The notes under the pieces are model-generated. The model saw only the letters and a list, made by a program, of their open reading frames with translations, had not been told where the DNA came from and made no database searches. Shown in pieces: positions 8,940 to 17,878 of a stretch of 64,000 bases of DNA. Position numbers and translations under genes: made by a program. Source of the stretch: Candidatus Sericytochromatia bacterium (GTDB lineage: Bacteria; Cyanobacteriota; Sericytochromatia; S15B-MN24; UBA4093); the NCBI GenBank assembly GCA_036676985.1, contig JAKFBU010000076.1:64001-128000 (forward strand), given 5' to 3'. Position 1 is the first letter of the stretch. Every line of letters begins with the position of its first letter.

Positions 8940-9652
8940 CCCCGCCCAATCCGCAGAACCGCCGTCGCCATGAGCGCTTCTTCCTCCTGGCCTCGGCCAC
9001 CCTGACGAGCGGCGGCCGGCAGTCTGCCGTCCAGGTCATCAACCGCAGCAAGGGCGGAGCCTATGTCCTCTCGCCCTTGACCCTGCCCCTGCAAGCGGAG
9101 GCGGAGCTCGTCTTCGCGCTGCCGGGGGAGGGCCGGTCTGCCCACCTCGCGTGCCGCGTCGCGCGGGTCGATCGCTTCGAGGAGGCCTTTCCCTACCAGA
9201 GCGGGGTGCGGCTGGGCCTGGCCCGCGCGGAGGCCCGCTCGCGCGAGCGCTGGCTCGAGTTCAGCCGGGAGCTGAGCGAGGGCGTGATCTATGGGCAGCC
9301 CATGCCGGAGGGCGAGGACTCGGTGACCGGTCGGACCTCCCGGCGCCCGGAGCTGCTCCTGGAGGCCCGGCTCGAGGTTGGTCGGGAGCGCCTTGCGGCG
9401 AAGGTCACCAACGTCGGCGGGCACGGGGTCAGCCTGTTGGTGCCGCGAGCCCTCGCGGAGGGCGCTAAGGGCCTCTTGGATATCCATCTGCCGGACATCC
9501 CGCAGCCGGCCCGCTTTCCGGCCGAGCTCACCTGGAGTCGCCCCTCGACCGATCGGCGCGTCGGGCTGGGCCTCGAGATCGTGCGTTTCGAGGGGGAGGC
9601 GCAGGCGCTCTGGGAGAGCCACGTGCAGGAGGACATCATCACCCTGTTTTAG
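8936..9652 (+). CDS. Tandem PilZ-domain protein
   Basis: ATGA overlap with tolC; domain 1 RRRHERF + NRSKGG; domain 2 RTSRR + NVGGHG. Confidence 0.75.
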   Translation: MTPPNPQNRRRHERFFLLASATLTSGGRQSAVQVINRSKGGAYVLSPLTLPLQAEAELVFALPGEGRSAHLACRVARVDRFEEAFPYQSGVRLGLARAEARSRERWLEFSRELSEGVIYGQPMPEGEDSVTGRTSRRPELLLEARLEVGRERLAAKVTNVGGHGVSLLVPRALAEGAKGLLDIHLPDIPQPARFPAELTWSRPSTDRRVGLGLEIVRFEGEAQALWESHVQEDIITLF

Positions 9653-9663
9653 CCATGCGCACG

Positions 9664-9693
9664 ACGAGGGCCGGTCTTTCGACCGGCCCTCGT
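9664..9693. terminator. Hairpin between convergent genes
   Basis: ACGAGGGCCGGTC-TTTC-GACCGGCCCTCGT. Confidence 0.65.
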
Positions 9694-9707
9694 TGCGCGG
9701 GGAGTGG

Positions 9708-10613
9708 TTACTGCGCGCTGGCTTCGACCTCGGTGGTGTTGGTGACGGTCGTGCTGCCGGCGGCCTGGCCATCGGCCTCGACGTCGACCTCGGCCTGGGT
9801 GGAGCCCTCGGGCTGGGTGATCTCGGCCTCGATCTTGACCTTGCTGTCCACGGTGGTGGTGGTCGTGGTGCCGTCCGCGTTACGGACGATGGTCACGGTG
9901 ACCGTCGAGCCGTCGAAGCGGGTGATGATCCCGGAGCCGGTGACGGTGCCGTCCACGGCCTCGACGGTGTTCCACTCGATGGTGCGGACCTTGCCGTCCT
10001 TGCGGGTGAAGGTGCTCTTGAAGGAGACGGCGTAGCTGCCGTCGGCCTGCAGGGTCCGCTCGCGGTCCCGGACGACGGTGAGGCCGTTCTTCTGCTGGGC
10101 CTCCATGTGGAACTTGGCGTTGATCACCGTGTTGTCGGCGGTCTGGTAGGTACGCTCGACGACCTGCTTCATCACGCGGTTCTTGTGGTTGATCTCGACG
10201 GTAATCGTGGCGGTCTTGGTGCCGTCGCCGTTGTCGACCTCGGTCTTGACCACGTTGCGGGCGCCGGCCTTGATCTCGTCGATGTGCTTCTTGCCCTTCT
10301 CCTTGAAGCGGTTCTCGCGCTTCTCGTAGCCGATGCGAGCCTCGGCGCTGGCGCTCGCCTTGGCGGCGACCTCCAGGTGCTGGGTCGAGCGGAAGGTGGG
10401 ATCCTGGATGAGGGTGCCCGAGGCGTCCATGTCCATCTCGGCCTGCATGGTCGAGACGGCGTCGGCGACCATCGACTGCACGGCGAGGCGCTGGGTGGAG
10501 CTCAGGTTGGCGCCGAGACCGTCGAGCACGCCGGTGGGCAAGCCGGAGCAGCCCGCGAGCGAGGCCCCGATGGTGGCGGCGAGGACGGTCTGGATGAAGG
10601 TCTTGCGGATCAT
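9708..10613 (-). CDS. Thr-rich beta-hairpin lipoprotein of unknown function
   Basis: Lipobox LAGC; repeated xDG(T/S) turns; strong codon bias. Confidence 0.7.
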   Translation of the reverse strand: MIRKTFIQTVLAATIGASLAGCSGLPTGVLDGLGANLSSTQRLAVQSMVADAVSTMQAEMDMDASGTLIQDPTFRSTQHLEVAAKASASAEARIGYEKRENRFKEKGKKHIDEIKAGARNVVKTEVDNGDGTKTATITVEINHKNRVMKQVVERTYQTADNTVINAKFHMEAQQKNGLTVVRDRERTLQADGSYAVSFKSTFTRKDGKVRTIEWNTVEAVDGTVTGSGIITRFDGSTVTVTIVRNADGTTTTTTVDSKVKIEAEITQPEGSTQAEVDVEADGQAAGSTTVTNTTEVEASAQ

Positions 10614-10811
10614 GAGGGTGGTCCTTTCTCAAGCGAACTCGAATCCCGGTCGTTGAGGTTACTGTAGCGGGAGGGGCCCCTCGCTCGGCACCGCTAGAAC
10701 CGCGATCGGGCGATAGGCAATTTGGCGTAGCGGCGAGAGACGTGTGGGGCCGCCGTTTCCAAAAGCCGGCCCCCCTTCAGCGAAGGGGGGCTAGGTGAGG
10801 GGCTGAAGCCG

Positions 10812-10946
10812 CTAGGCCTCCTGCTTGTCCTTCCGGGCCTTCTTGGCCAAGGTCCAGACGGTGGCGGCGGCGATGCCGATGATCGCGACGCCCACCATGA
10901 GCGCGGCGTTATAGCTGGCAACCAAAAGGGTGGCTTGCTCGAGCAC
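10812..10946 (-). CDS. 44-aa single-TM small protein (not in ORF track)
   Basis: AAAGGAG RBS, GTG start; MLEQATLLVASYNAALMVGVAIIGIAAATVWTLAKKARKDKQEA. Confidence 0.65.
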   Translation of the reverse strand: MLEQATLLVASYNAALMVGVAIIGIAAATVWTLAKKARKDKQEA

Positions 10947-10976
10947 GTGAGAGGTCTCCTTTCCAGGAATAAACGA

Positions 10977-11007
10977 ACGATCCGGCCTACATCGTAGGCC
11001 GGATCGT
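10977..11007 (-). terminator. Terminator after the oxygenase gene
   Basis: ACGATCCGGCCTAC-ATC-GTAGGCCGGATCGT with T-rich tail on the minus strand. Confidence 0.6.
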
Positions 11008-11046
11008 GTTGCGGAAAAGCTTACGGCTGCTTAAGCCGCTGCAAAC

Positions 11047-12006
11047 TTACTTGAGTAGGCCAATTTCGCGCAGGCGCTGGTTGAGGTACTCGCCCGCCGT
11101 GATGGGGTCGTCCTGGCGGGGACGGTCCTCGGTCACGAAGCAGTCGAGGGCCGTCAGGTCGCAGGCCGAGTACGGGTGCACGAAGAAGGGCAGCGAGTAG
11201 CGCGGCTCGTTGGTGTCGCCCGCCGGGTTGACGACTCGGTGGGTGGTCGAGGGGATGACATGGTTGGTCACGCGCTGGAGCATGTCGCCCGCGTCCACCA
11301 CGATCTGCCCCTCGAGGGCCGTGATGGGCATCCACTCGCCCTGGCGGGTGAGGAGCTCGAGGCCGGACGAGGTCGCCTCCACGAGCATCGTGATCATGTT
11401 GATGTCCTCGTGGGCGGCAGCACGGACGGCGCGGGGATCGGCGTCCGCCGGCAGGGGCGGGTAGTGGATGGCGCGCAGGATGCTGTTGCCGTCCTTGACC
11501 ATGTCCGCGAAGGTCCGCTGGGGCAGGTCGAAGTACTCGGCCAGGGCGATCAGGAAGGTGTCGACGCAGGCGTCGAGCTGCTGGTAGAGGGAGCTGACGG
11601 TGGGCTGGAGCTCGGCGATCTCGGTGGGCCACACGTTGTCCGGGTACTCGGCGCGGAACGGGTGGTCGGCGGCGAGCTCGCGGCCGGTGTGCCAGAACTC
11701 CTTGAGGTCGGCGATGGGGTTGCCTTTGGCGTTCTCCGAGCCGAACTCGGTGTAGCCGCGCTGGCCGCCCTTGATCTTGCCGTACTTGCGCTTGGTCTCG
11801 ACGTCCAGGGCGAAGAACTCCTGGAACCGTGAGTAGGTCCTGCGGATCAAGTCCTGATCGATGCCGTGGTTCTCGACGGCGATGAAGCCGAACTCCTTGA
11901 GTCCTTCGCCGAGCGTCCGGATGAAGCGCGCCCGCTCGGCGGGGCCGCCGTGCGTGAAGTCCTGCATGTTGACGACCGGAATGCCCACAGGGGTGCTGAC
12001 TGCCAT
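11047..12006 (-). CDS. Isopenicillin N synthase-like 2OG-Fe(II) oxygenase
   Basis: GFIAVENHGI, HEDIN, STTHRV, RYSLPFF (HxD...H, RxS). Confidence 0.9.
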   Translation of the reverse strand: MAVSTPVGIPVVNMQDFTHGGPAERARFIRTLGEGLKEFGFIAVENHGIDQDLIRRTYSRFQEFFALDVETKRKYGKIKGGQRGYTEFGSENAKGNPIADLKEFWHTGRELAADHPFRAEYPDNVWPTEIAELQPTVSSLYQQLDACVDTFLIALAEYFDLPQRTFADMVKDGNSILRAIHYPPLPADADPRAVRAAAHEDINMITMLVEATSSGLELLTRQGEWMPITALEGQIVVDAGDMLQRVTNHVIPSTTHRVVNPAGDTNEPRYSLPFFVHPYSACDLTALDCFVTEDRPRQDDPITAGEYLNQRLREIGLLK

Positions 12007-12024
12007 GTTCTCCTCCCTAGGTAG

Positions 12025-12042
12025 TATGAGAAAGCTCTAATA
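12025..12042. promoter_or_regulatory. 18-bp box TATGAGAAAGCTCTAATA (motif C)
   Basis: Near-identical to sites before ccoN, norC and nirK. Confidence 0.65.
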
Positions 12043-12123
12043 CTTCTTCGTGAGGAGGGGAGCCGATCTTGCGTGAAAAGATCGATCGGATGATGTGATG
12101 ACGTGGGTTTCGGCGAACGGTCC

Positions 12124-12261
12124 CTAGTCCTCGAACAGGATCCGGTGCTTCTCACCCTCGAGGTCGTCGAACTGCCCCGACCGGATGCTCCAGATCAGGA
12201 ACCCAAGCATGATGAGCCCGATGAAGAGCGTGCAGGGCAACATCAGAAACAGGACGTCCAT
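12124..12261 (-). CDS. ccoS: cbb3 oxidase maturation protein CcoS (not in ORF track)
   Basis: MDVLFLMLP...IWSIRSGQFDDLEGEKHRILFED. Confidence 0.9.
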   Translation of the reverse strand: MDVLFLMLPCTLFIGLIMLGFLIWSIRSGQFDDLEGEKHRILFED

Positions 12262-12264
12262 CGC

Positions 12265-14646
12265 TTACCTCGCCAATCTCAGCGCGTTCCCGAGCACCAG
12301 AAGGGAGCTCAGGGGCATCAGCACGGCCGCCCAGGTCGGCGGCACGAGCCCCATGGCCGCAAACGGCACCACCAGGGCATTATACAGGGCCGACAGCATG
12401 AAGTTCTCGCGGATGACCCGCACCGTGCGCTGCGACAGCCCCACGGCCTCCGCCAGCTGCGCGAACCGATCCCCCAAGAGCACCACGCCCGCGGCCGAGG
12501 CCGAGATGGCGGCCCCCTGCCCCATGGCGATCCCGATGTCCGCCGCGGCCAAGGCCGGCGCGTCGTTCACGCCGTCGCCCACCATCGCCACCACCCGGCC
12601 GGGGGCCTTCATGGCGAGCACGTGCTCCCGCTTGCCCTCGGGCAACACGCCCGCCCGGACCTCGCCGATGCCGAGCTTGTCGGCCACCGCCGTGGCGATC
12701 GCCGCGCGATCCCCCGACAACAGCGTCGTCGCCACCCCGAGCCGCGCCAGGGTCTCGGCCGCATCCGGCCTCAGCTGGTCCGAGACCTCGATGGCCCCGA
12801 TGATCCGGTCCGTCTCGGCCACGTAGACCGTCGTCGCCTCCGCCCCCGGCTCGGGCAGCTCGGCCGGGGCCTCGCCCGCGCACCAGGCGATCGAGCCGAT
12901 GGCCACCCGGCGGCCGTCGATGTGGCCCGTGACGCCGTGACCCGCCTGGGCCCGGAAGCCGTCCACCGCGTGGACCACGAGGTTGCGCTCCTGGCCATGG
13001 GCCGCGATCGCCCGCGCCAAGGGATGCTCCGAGAGGCTCTCGAGCGAGGCCGCGAGGCTCAGGACCCGCGCGGGCTCGTGGCCCCGGGCGGCCGAGACGC
13101 GCTCGACCCGCATCTTGCCCGTGGTCACGGTCCCCGTCTTGTCCACCACCAGGTGCGTGAGCTTGCCGAGCTCCTCGAGCTCCGTGCCGCCCTTGAAGAG
13201 GATCCCGTCCTTGGCGCCGCGGGCCATGGCCACCGCGATGGCCGCCGGCGTCGCGAGCCCGAGGGCGCAGGGGCAGGTCACGATGAGCACCGACACCGTA
13301 CGGTTGATGGCGGCCTCCAGCCCAGCGCCCAGGTTGAGCAGGAAGGTCGCCGCCGCCACGAGCAGCAGCACGGGCAGGAACCAGGTCGAGATCCGGTCCG
13401 CCAGGCGCTGGCTCGGGGCCCGGGCCGCGTCGGCCTCGGTCACCCAGCGCACGATCTGGGAGAGCGTCGTCTCGTCGCCCACCCGCTCGGCCCGCATGCG
13501 CAGGGCACCTTCCAGGTTCAGGGTTCCCGCCGTGAGGGCGCTGCCCGGGGCCTTGGCCACCGGCGCCGACTCGCCGGTGAGCATGGACTCGTCCACGTGG
13601 CCAGCGCCCGTCTCGAGCACGCCGTCCACCGGGATCCGCTCGCCCGGGCGCACCAGGAGCCGATCGCCTCGGCGGATGGAGGCCGTCGCGACGACCTCCT
13701 CGCCGTCCTCCGACAGACGGGTCGCGGACGGCGCCTCCAGGCGCCAGTGGCGCTCGGCCTGGGAGAAGACCTTCCGACGCGCCGCGCCCTCGACGCTCCG
13801 CCCGACCAGAAGGGCGAACAGGAGCACCAGGAGGCAGTCGAAGTACACAGCGCCGCGGCCGGTCATGACGGCCACGGCGCTCGCCGTGTAGGCGACCAGG
13901 GAAGCCAGGGTGATGGTGGCGTCCATCGTGAGCATGCGGGCCTTGAGGCCGGTCCAGGCGCCCTTGAAGAAGGGCCAGCCCACGTAGAGGGCCGTCGGCG
14001 TCGAGACCGCGAGCAGGGTCCACGACAGCAGGGTCTGCAGGTGCCCCTCGCTCTCGTCGAAGCCGCCGACGTTGAGGGGATCGCCGAGGAACCACGCGCC
14101 CAGGGCGGCGAGGCCCGCCACGCTCATGCGCAGGAGCAGCGAGCGGTTGCGCTCGACGGCCTTGCGATCGTTGCCGGACGGGTCGTACGGGGAGGCCTGG
14201 TAACCCAGGGAGCCCAGCAGGTTCACGACCTCCGAGAGGTCCACGACCTCGGGGTTCCACTGGAGGCTCACCCGGCGCGACGTGAGGTTGACGCGGGCCT
14301 CAAAGACCCCCGCCGTGCGCCCGAGGATGCGCTCGATGAGCCAGACGCAGGCCGCGCAGTGCAGGCCCTCCAGCTCGAGGGTGATGGCGCGCCCGGCGGC
14401 CGTGGGCGTCGAGAGCGACGCCTGGAAGTCCGGGTCGTGGAAGGGGAAGTCGCTCTTCTCGGCGGGCCGGGCGCCGAAGCCCTCACGCCGGGCGTAGAAG
14501 GCCTCGAGGCCGTTGGCGCCGATGAGCTCGCAGGCGAGCCGGCAGCCCTGGCAGCAGAAGGCGCGCTCGGCGCCGGCGACCAGCGCCGTGACGGGGCGCG
14601 GAGCGGCGAGCCCGCACTGGTAGCAGCTGGCCGCCTGGACGGTCAC
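12265..14646 (-). CDS. ccoI: CcoI/FixI copper P1B-ATPase
   Basis: CYQCG, FCCQGC, HCAAC, TGES, CPC, DKTGT, GDGVNDAP; GTGA overlap with ccoH. Confidence 0.92.
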   Translation of the reverse strand: MTVQAASCYQCGLAAPRPVTALVAGAERAFCCQGCRLACELIGANGLEAFYARREGFGARPAEKSDFPFHDPDFQASLSTPTAAGRAITLELEGLHCAACVWLIERILGRTAGVFEARVNLTSRRVSLQWNPEVVDLSEVVNLLGSLGYQASPYDPSGNDRKAVERNRSLLLRMSVAGLAALGAWFLGDPLNVGGFDESEGHLQTLLSWTLLAVSTPTALYVGWPFFKGAWTGLKARMLTMDATITLASLVAYTASAVAVMTGRGAVYFDCLLVLLFALLVGRSVEGAARRKVFSQAERHWRLEAPSATRLSEDGEEVVATASIRRGDRLLVRPGERIPVDGVLETGAGHVDESMLTGESAPVAKAPGSALTAGTLNLEGALRMRAERVGDETTLSQIVRWVTEADAARAPSQRLADRISTWFLPVLLLVAAATFLLNLGAGLEAAINRTVSVLIVTCPCALGLATPAAIAVAMARGAKDGILFKGGTELEELGKLTHLVVDKTGTVTTGKMRVERVSAARGHEPARVLSLAASLESLSEHPLARAIAAHGQERNLVVHAVDGFRAQAGHGVTGHIDGRRVAIGSIAWCAGEAPAELPEPGAEATTVYVAETDRIIGAIEVSDQLRPDAAETLARLGVATTLLSGDRAAIATAVADKLGIGEVRAGVLPEGKREHVLAMKAPGRVVAMVGDGVNDAPALAAADIGIAMGQGAAISASAAGVVLLGDRFAQLAEAVGLSQRTVRVIRENFMLSALYNALVVPFAAMGLVPPTWAAVLMPLSSLLVLGNALRLAR

Positions 14647-15119
14647 GACCGGGGCGCCTCGACGCGGATCCGTTCGCGGTGGTCGTAACGGTCCGAGCCC
14701 TTCTCGACGGCGATGGTGGCGTCCCACAGCCCGTCCAGGGGCAGGTCGACGTCGGCCTCGAAGCGGCCCTGCTCGGTCTCACGCATGGGCAGGGACTGGT
14801 CGTAGCCCGCCAGCGTCGGCCGGTAGAGCTTGAGCGTGACCTTGGCGCCCGACAGGGGAGCCGCCGACTTGTCGGCGAGGGTCACGACGACCGGGCCCTT
14901 GGCGGCCTTGGGGGCCGTGAGGGAGACCTTCCAGCCGGGCGTGTTGAGCTCGCGCGCGCGCTCCTCGCCGTAGCGCAGGCCGTGCCGGTAGTAGTTCTCG
15001 GTCACCAGGCCGTCGTAGGTGGTGCTCGCGAGCACGATGCTGGTCACCAGACCGGCCACCGTCAGACCGAGCAGCCCGATCATGCCTCCGATGAACTTCT
15101 GGGCGTAGGTGAGTTTCAT
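14643..15119 (-). CDS. ccoH: FixH/CcoH family protein
   Basis: TM followed by GLVTENYYRHGLRY and an Ig-like domain; lies between ccoG and ccoI. Confidence 0.8.
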   Translation of the reverse strand: MKLTYAQKFIGGMIGLLGLTVAGLVTSIVLASTTYDGLVTENYYRHGLRYGEERARELNTPGWKVSLTAPKAAKGPVVVTLADKSAAPLSGAKVTLKLYRPTLAGYDQSLPMRETEQGRFEADVDLPLDGLWDATIAVEKGSDRYDHRERIRVEAPRS

Positions 15120-15138
15120 AGCAGCCGCCTTTCTGAGC

Positions 15139-16539
15139 CTAGACCTTGGGCCGTTCGTCCCGCTTCACTTGCCCCTTGTCGGGCATGACGAAGGTGCTCT
15201 TCGCCTCGGCGAGACGCTTGCCCGACTCCTCGTCCACCAGGGCGAAGGTGAAGCGGTTGACGTGATGCCCGTCGTCGTTCGTGGGCCGGACCGCGAGCGC
15301 CACGCTCGCCTGCACCACCTCGCCGCTCTTGGCCGTGATCACGGGAGCTGGCCCCATGAACTGGGCCTCGAGGCCGTCGATCACCACCTTGTAGGTGTGG
15401 GCCCGGTTGTCCATGTTGATGGCCTTGACCGTGTAGACGTTCGCGATGCGGCCGTCCTCCAGCTCCCGGTAGACGAAGCTGCGGTTGCGCAGGACGTCCA
15501 CCTGGGTGATGGGGTGGGTCACGACGCGGTAGCCGATGAGCGAGATCATGGCGACCAGCACCGCCGCGTAGACGTAGAGGCGCGGGTGCGTCTTCTGCGG
15601 CTTGCCGGCGATCTGGTTCTCGCTGACGATCTCGATCAGGTTCGGCTTGAAGCCCACCTTGGGCATGACCGTGTTGCAGGCGTCCACGCAGCGCATGCAG
15701 GAGATGCACTCGAACTGCGGGCCCTTGCGGATGTCGATGCCCGCCGGGCACACGTCCACGCACAGCTTGCAGTCCACGCAGTCACCGGCGTCCCGCTCCT
15801 GCTCCTTGCGGAAGAATTGGCGGGGCTCGCCGCGCTCCACGTTGAAGGTGACCACCAGGGAGTTGGGGTCGAGCATGACGCCCTGGAAGCGCCCGTAGGG
15901 GCAGGGACCGTGGCACAGCTGCTCGCGGAAGCGCCCGAAGTCGCTGTAGGCGAGCCCGAAGAAGAAGAGCAGCCAGAACCAGTTGCTCGGCGTGAGGCCC
16001 AGGGTCGCCGTCCGGTTCAGGAGGTCCGGCATGGGGACGAAGTAGGCCACCACGTTGAAGCTGAAGAGGAGGGAGATGAGGATGAAGAGCGCGTGCTTGG
16101 ACACGCGCTTGCGGATCTTCTCGGCGGTCCAGGGGGACTTGGCCAGCTTCATCTGCTGGTTGCGGTCCCCCTCGATCCACCGCTCGATCTCGAGGTAGAT
16201 GCTCGTGCCGACCGTCTGCGGGCAGGCGAAGCCGCACCACAGGCGTCCCCAGATGGCCGTGACCAGGAACAGGCCGAGGGCCATGGAGATGAGCAGGAGC
16301 GCCAGGAGGTAGGTGTCCTGGGGCCAGAAGGTCATCCAGAGGATGTGGAACTTCCGGGCCGGGATGTCGAAGAGCACTGCCGGGCGATCGCCGATCCGCA
16401 GCCAGGGCAGCAGGAAGAACCCGCCGAGCAGCACCGCGAAGACCATCCAGCGCTTGGCTTGAAGGCTTCCCCAGATGTGCTTGACGAAGATCCGCTGACG
16501 CTTGGCGTACAGATCGTGGCCCGGCATGCGCTCCAACAT
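15139..16539 (-). CDS. ccoG: CcoG/FixG ferredoxin-like membrane protein
   Basis: GRLWCGFACPQT, CPYGRFQ, CVDCKLCVDVCP, CISCMRCVDAC. Confidence 0.93.
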   Translation of the reverse strand: MLERMPGHDLYAKRQRIFVKHIWGSLQAKRWMVFAVLLGGFFLLPWLRIGDRPAVLFDIPARKFHILWMTFWPQDTYLLALLLISMALGLFLVTAIWGRLWCGFACPQTVGTSIYLEIERWIEGDRNQQMKLAKSPWTAEKIRKRVSKHALFILISLLFSFNVVAYFVPMPDLLNRTATLGLTPSNWFWLLFFFGLAYSDFGRFREQLCHGPCPYGRFQGVMLDPNSLVVTFNVERGEPRQFFRKEQERDAGDCVDCKLCVDVCPAGIDIRKGPQFECISCMRCVDACNTVMPKVGFKPNLIEIVSENQIAGKPQKTHPRLYVYAAVLVAMISLIGYRVVTHPITQVDVLRNRSFVYRELEDGRIANVYTVKAINMDNRAHTYKVVIDGLEAQFMGPAPVITAKSGEVVQASVALAVRPTNDDGHHVNRFTFALVDEESGKRLAEAKSTFVMPDKGQVKRDERPKV

Positions 16540-16547
16540 GGGTGTCC

Positions 16548-17102
16548 CTACTTTCCTTGCAGGCTATGCACGTAGGCCGTGACCTGCTGGATCTTGGTGG
16601 TTCCCAGCTGGCTCCAGGCCGGCATGCCGCCCTTGGCTTCCGGGTTCAGGCCCGGCGTGCCGTTGGTCCCCTTGGTGATGATGAACTCGATGTCCTCGGC
16701 CGAGCCCTTGCCGTACGCCCAGTAGGGCGGGTGCGAGAGGCTGGGACCGATGCCGCCCTCGGCGTTGGCGCCGTGGCATGCCGCGCAGTTCTGCGTGAAG
16801 ATGGCCTTGCCCGCCTCGAGCGCCTTGGGATCCGCGAGCATGGCCTGCAGGCCGCCGGCGGTCGCCTGGGTGCTGGCCAGCTTGGCCGTCTGCTCGGCGG
16901 CCACCTTGACCTCGTTGTCGTAGCGCTTGTTCTGGCTCCACTTCATGGAGCCGTCCCAGAACCAGAAGCTCGGCATCAGCACCCAGTAGATGAGCGCCCA
17001 GACGATGGTCCCGTAGAACATGGTGAGCCACCAGCCCGGCAGCGGATTGTCGTATTCCTCGATGCCATCGCAGGAATGGATGATTTCAGGTTCTTTGGCC
17101 AT
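16548..17102 (-). CDS. ccoP: cbb3 oxidase subunit III, mono-heme
   Basis: DGIEEYDNPLPGWW N-terminus; single CAACH. Confidence 0.9.
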   Translation of the reverse strand: MAKEPEIIHSCDGIEEYDNPLPGWWLTMFYGTIVWALIYWVLMPSFWFWDGSMKWSQNKRYDNEVKVAAEQTAKLASTQATAGGLQAMLADPKALEAGKAIFTQNCAACHGANAEGGIGPSLSHPPYWAYGKGSAEDIEFIITKGTNGTPGLNPEAKGGMPAWSQLGTTKIQQVTAYVHSLQGK

Positions 17103-17105
17103 CGT

Positions 17106-17255
17106 TTAGTCCTCTTGCAGCGGCATGTGGGCGTAGGCTTCCAGGGTCGCCTTGTTCTTGCGGCGATAGGCCCAGAAGGTCACGCCCAGGAAGATCGGGA
17201 AGAACATGAGCAGCGAGACGATCTTGCTCGCCGTCACCAGCGTGTCGAAATCCAT
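17106..17255 (-). CDS. ccoQ: cbb3 oxidase subunit CcoQ (not in ORF track)
   Basis: MDFDTL...IFLGVTFWAYRRKNKATLEAYAHMPLQED between ccoO and ccoP. Confidence 0.85.
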   Translation of the reverse strand: MDFDTLVTASKIVSLLMFFPIFLGVTFWAYRRKNKATLEAYAHMPLQED

Positions 17256-17264
17256 GGCGTCCTC

Positions 17265-17867
17265 CTACTTCACGGCCGTGCCGAGGCTCTGGAGATAGGC
17301 GATCAGAGCGTCGAGCTCCGTCTTGCCCTCCACCTGCGCGGGTGCTGCGGCGATCTCCTCGTCGGTGTACGGGGTGCCGAGCATCCGCAGCCGCTCCATC
17401 TTGGTCTGGGTCGTGCTGGTGTCGAGCGCGTTCTTCTCCAGCCAGGGGTACCGCGGCATGACCGACTCGGGCACCATCGACTTGGGGTCGCGCATGTGCT
17501 GCACGTGCCACGAGTCGGGGTACTTGCCGCCCACGCGGGCCAGGTCCGGACCCGTGCGCTTGGAGCCCCACTGGAACGGGCGGTCGTAGATGGACTCACC
17601 TGCCAGGCTGTAGTGCCCGTAGCGCTCGGTCTCCGAGCGGAAGGGGCGGATCTGCTGGCTGTGGCAGTTGTAGCAACCTTCCTTGACGTAGATGTCGCGT
17701 CCCTCGAGCGCCAGGGGGGCGTAGGGCTTCACGCCCTCGACCGGCGGCACCGAGCTCTTGACGAAGTACAGGGGAAGGATCTCGACGAGACCGCCGATGC
17801 TGACGGTGATCGTCACGAAGAGCGCCATCTTCAGGGTCTTGGTTTCGATGTCTTTGAACAAAGGCAT
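17265..17867 (-). CDS. ccoO: cbb3 oxidase subunit II
   Basis: [31 protein letters not shown]. Confidence 0.96.
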   Translation of the reverse strand: MPLFKDIETKTLKMALFVTITVSIGGLVEILPLYFVKSSVPPVEGVKPYAPLALEGRDIYVKEGCYNCHSQQIRPFRSETERYGHYSLAGESIYDRPFQWGSKRTGPDLARVGGKYPDSWHVQHMRDPKSMVPESVMPRYPWLEKNALDTSTTQTKMERLRMLGTPYTDEEIAAAPAQVEGKTELDALIAYLQSLGTAVK

Positions 17868-17878
17868 TTACGTCACTC

